64,000 nt of DNA from Pocillopora damicornis (lineage: Eukaryota), in assembly GCF_003704095.1 (NCBI RefSeq), contig NW_020846770.1:186001-250000 (forward strand), written 5' to 3'. Below the pieces are notes generated by a model that was not told the DNA's origin, did no database searches, and saw nothing but the letters and a program-made list of their open reading frames with translations. Shown piece after piece: positions 53,428 to 64,000 of this stretch. Numbering within the stretch: position 1 is the first letter of the stretch; each line of letters starts with the position of its first letter. The position numbers were made by a program, and so were the translations under genes.

Positions 53428-56400
53428 TTAAGCATAGGAAAAAGGATGCAATTTCCTATGTTTTCTGCTTTGCAAAACGCTTTTTTCATTCATTCTTTCA
53501 TTTTTTTCTGTCTCGTTCTTTATAGGCAAAATCCATGGCGTGCGTGCCAAAATATGCATTATTGTTTTCACACGATGGCACAAAAGGGCTAAAAACTGGG
53601 CAAAGATTATCCCCCCATAGGTGATTAGGAAGCTAAGTGCGATGACATCGAGCCCTAAAATCTTGAGGTCTCTCTTTTCTACCAGCGTCAGTATAAGTAC
53701 CATCCAAAACATGTTGCTGACACTGAATACCCACAGCGCTGTTGTTCTAAGCTTCCGGAGGTTTTCTTCGGGAGAAGACGTGAACGCTAAAGCTGTGTTA
53801 TGCGGAGAAAGAAATCCTTCTTCAAGTAATTCTTTCCAGAAGGTTATTTCGTCTTCAGGATAGTCCTTGCTATCACGCTTGACAGGCAGAACACTATTCA
53901 GTGTATGCTCCGTGCTGAGGATTGTCATCTGTACGTGTCCTGAAAATGAAACAAGAATACTGGGTTATTACAAATCAGTCTACTTGGACGAGAGCGGACG
54001 AAGTAAGCAAAATATTGATTGAACCATAACGTAACGTGGGGAGGCAGCTTAGACTAAAAGAAAAAAACGGCGTCGAAATAAATTCGGACGTTACAGTTGT
54101 TGCCACAAACTTCTTAGCCCTGTTTCTACCAGTATTATGTTGATGGAAATTTATCAGAAAAGGTGAAGAAGTGGTTTGTACACACCAAATTACCAAAACC
54201 TTGCCATATGTGATGATCAAAACTGGGTGTAATAGCCGTTTCCAAGTTCTCACGAGTCTAAGATCTAGTGTCGAAATTAAGGCTCGAGTCGGTAACTAAA
54301 TGAAACAGTCGTGGTAATTAAAATAAGCAAAGGTTTCTCGTAAATTACAGACTTTGAATTCAGCTCGCAAACGACGATTCTTTTTGTTTCATTGCGCAAA
54401 TTACAGTTAGCCCTCGCTACGAATCAGCAAGAAGAAATATTGATAATTAAAAAAAGAGTAAAAAATGATGACATCAGTACAGCTGAGGCAAGGCTGCATG
54501 CGGACGCCGAATGAGAACGGTGGAATGTTAGGGAAGTTGTCCCTCCAAACATTCATACTTTATGAGTCTGGCAATTCTCTCTCGTTCGTAATTTCTCCTC
54601 GAACAGTAATTTGTGGTCTTTTTCAGAAACGGCTGGTTCTATCCGCTCAGTTGCTGCAGCCTTCTTGGGACTGCTCGCTTTAACTGTTGTTCAATCATGG
54701 ATAATTTTTTCTATTAACGAAAAACAACTGCGCTACACTCAGTGGCCATGATATTTCCGTTCTGAAACTTTGCACTCCGCTCTCACGCACGCTAAAAGTT
54801 TACGCTGATTATTGATATGTTTATTGATACTACGCAATCGAACAACGTTTTTCTGTGCATCATGATCCGAGTGTTCTCTGATAAAGAAACCTGAGCTGGA
54901 TCATTTCAAAGGAATGCAACCTTAGATTGACCGCTGCTGGTCGGCTTGCAAACATTTCAGACAAAGAAATCTCCGAAATAACAATACCTTTCCCAAATGG
55001 GTGGTGGTAGGTTGTTGAACTAATTATTTAATCAGTTAATAAGTACAATGCTTACGAAGCACGCATAGATTTTCCTATGAATCATCACAAGTGCAACTCT
55101 AATACCATCGCTACGTCAAACAAGGATAATGAAAAGGTCCTGGCAAACAACCGCATCATGCAGAATATTAGAGTACTACGTTGCAATGATTTAAACTTTG
55201 CTTACCTTTCACCTGTAAACTGCAAACAGCCTTAACCAGCCTTTTAAAATGGCCCGGTTTTTCGATTCCAAAATTTTTCCTTGCGGATTCCTTGAAATCC
55301 TTTTTGGGCTCGTTTTTCAACTTTTGAAGTTGCCATAGATGCTTAAATTTCTCACCGAATTTGGAATGATAATCTTCGAGATGGTGCTTTATCAACCAGC
55401 CTTTAATGTTTTCCTGATAACAAAGGTTAATCAAGGAACATCAGCATTCACCATTGGGCATTCGTTGTAGTTAGTATCTTTATCGATTTTGTTTCTTCCC
55501 TTATTGGCAGTTGGAACAAGAATGCAAAAGCAGATTTTCAGATATATGTGAATTCTGGAATCTTAAAAAAAGCATTGTTTTTAAAACGCTATTGTTTAAA
55601 CTGTAAGATATTGCGTTAATGAAATCCTTGGTTTTCCAATACAATAAGAATGGTTTTCTCAATAAACAGTCCGTAGCATAATGACAGCTGTGAAATTTCA
55701 GCTTTTCACCATGGCTCGTTTTTGCACTCCAAAGAAGTCATTGGGTTAACTGGTGATGATGACCACCTCATGGGTTTCAAAGGTAATCCAACCGTTTGCA
55801 AACTGCCTTCGAAGAGGCCAAAACGTCGACCACGATTCTGGCAAGACATCTTGGCTTCCTGAATTATGATTCGTTTAGTAAACTTACTGGTATTTCTTGC
55901 TTTGAATCATCTTGAGGAATCCTCTTGATATACTCCATGAGCCTTGAATGATCCTCTTCATTGATTCCGATCTGCTCAAGATCCTAGCAGATCAAAGATA
56001 AATGTATGGATTTTTTTTTTTATTAGCACAAACAAATGATTTTAATTCATTTATTCCTGCAGCGATTACAATATTTTGGGGTACAAATGCCACGGGTTGT
56101 TCGGATGTGAAAAGAGAAGGATATTCGGAGTTTGAGTGGCCAGTGAAAGCGCTCCTTCATACGATATCCACTGCTTTAGTATATGTATGAATATCATTTG
56201 GATAATCTTTTGAAAAAAGAAAAAATTCAAATAATCTTTTGAAAAAAGAAAAAATTCAACCCTTTTTAATGCTAGTCTGCATGATTTTATAGTTTCTTAA
56301 AACCTTTTCCAAATAAGTAATTGATACATACGTTGGAATGTGTGTATCTTTTTACATTACAAGTGCCTCTTCCGCTCAACTATACCAAAGTCAAACTTAC

Positions 56401-59400
56401 TTCCTCCTTTATTCCGACCAAGTCGTCTATAAATTCATATCCATTGTCAAAGAAACGTTGGTAATATTTCTAAGAAGAGAAAAACCCATCAATCAGATAC
56501 TAAAATCAAAATGATAATCAACTAAAAAAATTGAATTTAAAAAAATTTGAAAAGACGATACCACGCCGATAACACGCCAATCACGGTATTTGTCTAGAGA
56601 CAGTCCACAAAATTTGAAACAAGAAGAAAAACTACGACCTTTCCACCCCTTAGTTAAAAATAGTTTGAGAGAAATGACTCATCAGAACCAGCGCTCAAAT
56701 TTCCCTTTCTGTTCCCCTATTTTTTCTTGCTTCAACATAAGGGTAACGAATCGGAAAGATCATCTTAATCGTTTAAGCTGTAAGTTTTACAATTCCCGCC
56801 AAGCTCTGATTGTAGAGTTTGCTCCTATGTTCAGTCAGTTTTGACTTGTACTCGCCTTTATACGTATCATTCTTGCGAATTTTGGAGTCCTTTTCAGTTC
56901 ACGTTATTAAATATTATCATATATCTGCATGATTTGTGTAAGGTTCATTGTCCGTAAGGTAATGTGTATTGTATGAAGATATATAATTAATTTAGCATTA
57001 TTTCAACTAATTTAAGATTTTGTACCTCAAGTTTTATTTCACCTAGGAAATCTCCCAACTGCTCACTGGGTATGTGTTCGTCATTCGACTTTGAAAGGTT
57101 CATCGCTTCAAGAGTTCAAAGAATTTATTTTTGTTAATTATTGAAGTTGATGGTGTAAGAAATAGTGATATAATTTTAACTATGAGGAAAGGTTGGCTTG
57201 TAACAAAATTTACGATATTATTGATAAGAACCGCCACCCCTGTTGTTAGCCTGTATCGTTCCTGAAACTATAAATCTTTTTTTTTTTTTCATCTTCTAGA
57301 GATCACTATAAAACTGTTCAGCTTTAACAAAACGATCAAGGTTACATGTCATTATAGTTCACTTTTGACTTTTGGTAAACAAAAAAGTGTAATTATAGTT
57401 CATACTATCCTGCAATGACTTGGCCTTTCAGTTTGTCGATTATTTTTGCCGTCAGCCTCAATACAGAATACTTTAGCACTGACCTTTTAAACCAAAATTT
57501 TGGTTATCACAAAGAAGGCTGTGATTATCTAACCTTGCATCGATTTCCTTTGAGGTAACATTTTTAAGCTTGACGACAGAAGTTTTATTTAATCTATTTA
57601 TTCGAAAGACGAAAAGAATATCTTGTTTTACCTGTTGAGTGGGTTACGTCGAGTTCACCTTTGGCCTCACTGCTTAGTAATTCTTCCACAGACGTGGTTT
57701 TCGCATTTCCCTCATTGTTTTCTTGTTCTGCCGACCCTGTGTTCGTGTTAAGACCTGGTGGTCCTGGTTCCTAAAAATTCATCCCGAATCGTCACCATTT
57801 ATTATTTTCACGATGACGATGTATAGCTTATTCGATGGTTTAAAATAGAACACGCATGGAAGTTTTGCGACTTCCTTTATATTTCAAGTGTCCTTTCTTT
57901 GCTTTATAAAATCTGCCATGTAATGTTAAATAAGCCAAATAACAAATAGAAGGAAGAAGCCTGATAACACGAATAAAGTGTTCTTTCAATTATCCACATA
58001 AAAAGTTGCAATTGCCCATAGTCGATCAAAGTCCTCCCTTACGTGTTTCTTTTGTGTTTATGTCATTGTAAAGTTAGTTCGCACGGCTTACCTTGGAATC
58101 TGAGAGTTTCTTCCTCTCATCTCCACCCCCATCTGATCTGGTCCAATGACAACATAAGTAATACTCCCATAATGAATTTTGGCTGCTTTTCTTTCCTGAG
58201 GTTTCTTCTCTTGTTCCTAACCAAACAAATATAACACTTAACAAAGCTTGGTCGAGATGAAAAACGAGTGAATAGATAAACATTCTCAAACAGATCTCCA
58301 CCTCTCAACTAATTTAGTTTTGTGGAGGTTCGATGAAGTGGAAGGGGTACAAAATGCTCGAGCTTATTTGGAAATTGCTATAATTTAAAACTAACAAAAT
58401 TCTCGCTATGAAGCGCAGCAAATTGGCGTCAAGTAGATGTGGGAACCTTTTTTTTGGTTTTTTACCAGTGTATCAATCATTTCTCACTAAAGGGGAAGCA
58501 TCGAGATTGTGTACTCAGAGAAAACGGTTCGTTAAAGGGCACCTATCTTATATCTTATCTTGTTTCCATTGTTAAGCCTGGCCTCTCCCAAGCCCTTGCA
58601 ATATAGTGCACAGCAACCACGAGTCTATAAAGCTTAATTGCAGATAAGTACGTTTGGGCTTAGGAATTCGATCCTGACTGTTTCAGAAAACAGCCTTCAT
58701 AAGAGACTTTGTTAATTCGTTAAAAGCCTGAAACATGCATGAACTTCACTGGTTCACAAGGGTAATTTCCCGCTTTCATATGCACGAAAGTCTTCTAGAA
58801 AAGTACGCCTATTAACAATTCAGGTGATGATCAAAAGAAAAAGACAACATACCCCAAGAACTATCAGTTAGATTGCAGATAGCGTAAACTGTCAGCAGAA
58901 GATAGCCAGATGGAAGGCAGAGGAAGTACCAAATTCCATGAAACAAGCAGGTAACTTCTCTTGGATGCAAGAGAGCAGAGACTACAAAGATTGTTATCAG
59001 TCCACCTAGGTACAGACTGCTCACCCCCGCCGGAAGATGGTGTTCTAAAGGTTTTGTTGTCGTTGTTAACGATGTCGTTTCTATCTGCATCGTCGTTGCC
59101 ACAGTTGGCTCAACTTTCCTTTCCTTTAAATCGTTGGAAATTTGGACAGCCAATCCGACCGCCACAGTGCACATGATTACTGAGAAAAAAAATGTCAGTA
59201 TCTTTGACACTTTAAGCTGCCACTTTGGGGGAGTGTAAAGGCATATTAAGACGTAAACAGCAACAACAAGGCTAAGGAGCACCGATGTTGTTATGTGGTT
59301 GACTGGAACACCTGCAAGTACCATTCCACCCACTATGACCAAAATGACCGTGGAACCTCTGAAATAAAGGGAATTATGTTATAATTATGGACTTTACTGA

Positions 59401-60128
59401 GTTGTCGTCAAGAAAAAAAAAAGTAAGGTAAGAATAGATGAAATCGTGCTCCTCAATGCAAAATTATTTTTCAAATACTAATAGAAAAGTGAAATCTAGT
59501 TCAACTTTTTTTCATTCTGTGAAAAAAAGCACTCTAAATACCATTCCCTAGATCCATGGTTTTTTTTCATTAAATGGCTTACCACTTTTCTTTGCGTTTG
59601 CAGGTTTGCTCGCTTAGAAGAAATTAGAATTCATGACTTCTATTCTTCGTTTTTTCATAACTTTTAAAACCGGATTGAAATTCTGTTTCCACTTTATAAG
59701 GTGTTTTTGTCGGCAGGCTCATGGCAATGGCAAGGAGATAAAAAAAATCTCAATGACACAGAAATGGATTGATGAATAATACTTCGATAAAAATAAGTAG
59801 AATCTTGAATTTAGAGTTACTTACACCAATATTTAACGTTTCTGATAAAGTTTACAAATGGGCATAACTTACCCAATTACTGTGGAGAAGACAAGGAACG
59901 CTTGATAAACAATGAATAATAAAGAAATATGCTCGTTGTTATTCAATGTCTGCTTCCATTCGGTAATAAGTAGAACGAGGTTGGCTAGTGTAGATGGCGC
60001 CCATCGTTTTCGTTGTTTATAGAACTCATCAAAACTCCCTGGGCAATAAGTACTGTTCTCTGCAGCAGCACAATATGTCAATCGCCAGCCATTTTGTATC
60101 ATCAGTGTGCACATCCAGCGGTCTTCCC
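53428..60128 (-). CDS. Chitin synthase (GT2), 3' half with two SAM-like domains; 5' part not visible
   Basis: Exon 60128-59873 has GEDRW and FYKQRKRW. Exon 59358-58853 has TM helices and LPSGYLLLTVYAICNL..SWG, and WGTRE continues at 58216. SAM-like exons at about 56469-56401, 55984-55888 and 55413-55206. Terminal TM exon about 53938-53428. Confidence 0.88.
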
Positions 60129-61850
60129 CTTGAAAAAATTATTGCAACTTAGATGAGACAAATCACGGCACACAATGATAGATTGATAAATAGATTCTTT
60201 CTGAAAAANNNNNNNNNNNNNNNNNNNNNNNNNNNNNNNNNNNNNNNNNNNNNNNNNNNNNNNNNNNNNNNNNNNNNNNNNNNNNNNNNNNNNNNNNNNN
60301 NNNNNNNNCATAGGATATCTTATCAATTCCTTTTATAACCTAATCCGTAAAATTAAGAGGATAAAACTTTCTAGGTGAGCTTTAGACCCCATCAATCCAT
60401 TGAGGGTCCAAAACTTTCCAACCAGCTATAGAACATACTGACACCTCCAATGGGATCCCATTGTCTTACCAAGCTGNNNNNNNNNNNNNNNNNNNNNNNN
60501 NNNNNNNNNNNNNNNNNNNNNNNNNNNNNNNNNNNNNNNNNNNNNNNNNNNNNNNNNNNNNNNNNNNNNNNNNNNNNNNNNNNNNNNNNNNNNNNNNNNN
60601 NNNNNNNNNNNNNNNNNNNNNNNNNNNNNNNNNNNNNNNNNNNNNNNNNNNNNNNNNNNNNNNNNNNNNNNNNNNNNNNNNNNNNNNNNNNNNNNNNNNN
60701 NNNNNNNNNNNNNNNNNNNNNNNNNNNNNNNNNNNNNNNNNNNNNNNNNNNNNNNNNNNNNNNNNNNNNNNNNNNNNNNNNNNNNNNNNNNNNNNNNNNN
60801 NNNNNNNNNNNNNNNNNNNNNNNNNNNNNNNNNNNNNNNNNNNNNNNNNNNNNNNNNNNNNNNNNNNNNNNNNNNNNNNNNNNNNNNNNNNNNNNNNNNN
60901 NNNNNNNNNNNNNNNNNNNNNNNNNNNNNNNNNNNNNNNNNNNNNNNNNNNNNNNNNNNNNNNNNNNNNNNNNNNNNNNNNNNNNNNNNTTGAGTTTCAG
61001 TTGCGCTGAGCATTAGGTAAGCTTAATTCAAGCCGTTATTTCTATTCTTTGATAAGATTTTGATCGCGTAACGAATATGGCAATTTGTACTCACCACAAA
61101 CTTCTAAAAATCCTAGCTTTAAATGGCCACTCGATCGTTGTTTGAACCAGTCGATATGTCAACTGTTAATTGTCCCTTCTTTTAACTCCACGGTGCAAAC
61201 GACTTTCTTTTCATTTAAAACACTCACGCTATTCTCGTTTTCCCATTGAACCACAATAAAACCCATCCTTAGAGGTGTTATATTAAGCAAAACAGTTAAG
61301 AAAAGAAACAACTTGAAGCAAGAGCGGTTCACCGATGAAAAGTACATTCAAAGATGAGCGCCAAATNNNNNNNNNNNNNNNNNNNNNNNNNNNNNNNNNN
61401 NNNNNNNNNNNNNNNNNNNNNNNNNNNNNNNNNNNNNNNNNNNNNNNNNNNNNNNNNNNNNNNNNNNNNNNNNNNNNNNNNNNNNNNNNNNNNNNNNNNN
61501 NNNNNNNNNNNNNNNNNNNNNNNNNNNNNNNNNNNNNNNNNNNNNNNNNNNNNNNNNNNNNNNNNNNNNNNNNNNNNNNNNNNNNNNNNNNNNNNNNNNN
61601 NNNNNNNNNNNNNNNNNNNNNNNNNNNNNNNNNNNNNNNNNNNNNNNNNNNNNNNNNNNNNNNNNNNNNNNNNNNNNNNNNNNNNNNNNNNNNNNNNNNN
61701 NNNNNNNNNNNNNNNNNNNNNNNNNNNNNNNNNNNNNNNNNNNNNNNNNNNNNNNNNNNNNNNNNNNNNNNNNNNNNNNNNNNNNNNNNNNNNNNNNNNN
61801 NNNNNNNNNNNNNNNNNNNNNNNNNNNNNNNNNNNNNNNNNNNNNNNNNC

Positions 61851-62525
61851 CTTCACACCTGTGAGTGAGTCATTTGTTTTCAAACAACTTAAGACCTTGA
61901 AAATAAATAAAGCGATTGGCTTGGACAAGATCAGTTCAAGACTTCTCAAAGATTCTGGCGGGAGTATCGCACCTGTATTAACAAGATTATTTAATCGCTC
62001 CCTTGACTCTAGTGTTTTTCCAGCCATTTGGAAACAAGGCAAAGTAACAGCACTTTTCAAGTCTGGTGACAAATCTGACTGTAATAACTACAGGCCCATT
62101 ACAGTACTTCCGACAGTTAGTAAGATTCTCGAGAGAGCTGTGCATCAACAACTTTATGGCTATTTGACTGAGTCAAACTTACTTACAACAAAACAGTTTG
62201 GCTTTCGCCCTAAACTATCAACCGAAGTTGCTTTGGCTCATTTCACAGACAGAGTTCTGGAAAAACTTGATAATGGAATGTTGACTGGTGCAGTATTCTT
62301 TGATCTTTCGAAAGCTTTTGATACTGTCGACCACAGCCTCCTATTAACAAAGCTCAAGCAAATTGGTGCTTCTGATAACGTAACTGGATGGTTTAGATCT
62401 TATCTCAGCAATCGCGTTCAGCTGACTGGTGTTGGTGATGTGCAATCTACACTAAGACCAATTTAGGTTGGCGTTCCTCAAGGGAGCATCCTCGGCCCTT
62501 TGTTGTTCTTGGTCTATATCAACGA
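61851..62525 (+). mobile_element. LINE reverse transcriptase fragment (CR1/L2-like), bounded by gaps
   Basis: KAIGLDKI, WKQGKVTALFK, NYRPITVLPTVSKILER, QFGFR, DLSKAFDTVDH, then an in-frame stop at 62464-62466 before VGVPQGSILGPLLFLVYIN. Confidence 0.92.
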
Positions 62526-62625
62526 NNNNNNNNNNNNNNNNNNNNNNNNNNNNNNNNNNNNNNNNNNNNNNNNNNNNNNNNNNNNNNNNNNNNNNNNNNN
62601 NNNNNNNNNNNNNNNNNNNNNNNNN

Positions 62626-63175
62626 CACCGGGTGAAGCTTAAGACTGGTAAACTTAGAAAAATCATTTCTTATTATTTCCTGGTTCGTAAGTCTTTGAGC
62701 AAAATTATCATTGTCTAATTGCGTAAATGGAAATGATTGCTGTGAACAATTATCGTAAATCGGATAACTACAAGGAATCATATAACTCGCATCTGCACTC
62801 ATGCATTCAGTATGAAAATTACTCCCACAAGTTTGACAATTAATTTCACACCCATTAATAATTGAATCACATTTAAAGCAGTTAAACATTTGCTATAAAA
62901 TTGAGGTTTGAACTAGTTTGATTATAGTCTTACTGTTCAAGCTGGTCGTGCGTGAACCGGTCATTCGATATGTCGTAAATCCTTCCATTCCTTGAGCTCA
63001 ACTATTCTCAGGTCATCCTTTAATTTACACTTAATTTTCCCATTGGTAAACCAAGCTGAGTCTACCGAGTGTTTTTCCTTCAGCTTCTTTAGCCTTTTCG
63101 CTAAATCTTGCGTCATATCTTCCAGAATAACTACCTTTTTGCCCTTTAATTGGCGTATCTTCAGGAGCAGACGTT
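62626..63175 (-). mobile_element. LINE ORF1 C-terminus and start of ORF2 (Cys-rich, PHD-like)
   Basis: Minus strand LKGKKVVILEDMTQDLAKRLKKLKEKHSVDSAWFTNGKIKCKL...* is followed by ORF MFNCFKC...CQTCGSNFHTEC...FPF (from 62889). Confidence 0.65.
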
Positions 63176-63720
63176 ATAAAATTAATCTGCATCCAATGCT
63201 TTTCCCTATAAAAAAGATGTATGTAATATTTATTTCTTAACTTTTTTAAACACTTCCAAATCGTTGCAGATTTCTCAGAATTATTTGTAAATAGCTACCA
63301 TTTCATTACTATTTAGCTTTTCAGAGGGCCGCGGGGTTGTCAGTTATTTAATTATTAACTGGCTTATTTATGTACGTAGTAACTTGGTATTTTGCGTCTT
63401 TCCTTATTGGCTTGTTTTCATACATTCAGTCGAGGCGATAAAATAACACGGATTCTTACGTTTCCTTCCATTCCAATCGACAGGGTGAGTCTCGAAAAAA
63501 AAACATCAATCGGTATTTAGAGCGATAGATTATCCAGGTTTTTTTAAGGACCCTTTGGGAAAAAATGATTAATTAATGCTGTTTCTAAAGAGCACAAGCA
63601 AACTGCGATTGAATTTTTCTCGGGAAGGACCTGTGTTTCGTAAGCTTATCCGATATTACCTTTGAAGCTGTCCTTATCCACCGTGATTTGTCTGATTTAA
63701 GTTGCAATAATTTTTTCAAG

Positions 63721-63976
63721 GGGAGGACCGCTGGATGTGCACATTGATGATACAAAACGGCTGGCGATTGACATATTGTGCTGCTGCAGAGAACAGCACT
63801 TTTTGCCCGGGGAGTTTTCACGAGTTTTATAAACAACGAAGGCGATGGGCGCCATCAACACTAGCCAACCTTTTTCTACTTATTGTCGAATGGAAGCAGA
63901 CATGGAATAACAACGAGCATATTTCTCTTTTATTCTTTGTATATCAAGCGTTCCTTGTCTTCTCTACAGTGATCGG
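63721..63976 (+). CDS. Chitin synthase catalytic exon, second copy in inverted orientation
   Basis: Acceptor ttttttcaag, then GEDRWMCTLMIQNGW...FYKQRRRWAPSTLAN...STVIG|gtaagt. Near-identical to exon 60128-59873. Confidence 0.88.
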
Positions 63977-64000
63977 GTAAGTTATGTCCATTTTTAAGCT

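Noticed and set aside
55414-55440. U12-like branch motif TTCCTTGAT before a chitin synthase acceptor
   Set aside because: The matching donor (about 55887) is GTAAGT, a U2 consensus, so the intron is not called minor.
60102-62072. Long ORFs in the ORF track (e.g. 60426..61013, 60450..61016, 61329..62072)
   Set aside because: They are artefacts of N runs. Only the RT part from 61851 is real. The same applies to the ORFs at 41579-41987.

Overview
Eukaryotic, AT-rich, intron-rich animal DNA with assembly gaps, most consistent with a cnidarian (stony coral-type) genome; the organism assignment is an inference from gene and repeat content. From left to right: a decayed LINE RT carrying a Penelope-like insertion; a class A GPCR with an adjacent pseudogene copy; two divergently oriented type II membrane EEP (sphingomyelinase-like) paralogues; TXNL1 (-) and WDR7 (+) head-to-head with start codons 110 bp apart; an LRMDA-like LRR gene (-) with a U12-type intron, head-to-head with CEP20/FOPNL (+); a small GPI-type FN2 + Ly6/uPAR gene (-); the 3' half of a SAM-domain chitin synthase (-); LINE fragments around gaps; and an inverted second copy of the chitin synthase catalytic exon (+). 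Repeats include TTAA MITEs, tRNA-derived SINEs, a THAP-bearing TIR element and microsatellites. The most notable non-annotated signals are two unrelated inverted-repeat insertions carrying hammerhead ribozyme motifs (about 2.3 kb and 16.4 kb). The one at 16.4 kb folds into a complete type I hammerhead between the converging 3' ends of the EEP gene and TXNL1. Exon boundaries were read by eye and may be off by a few bases.
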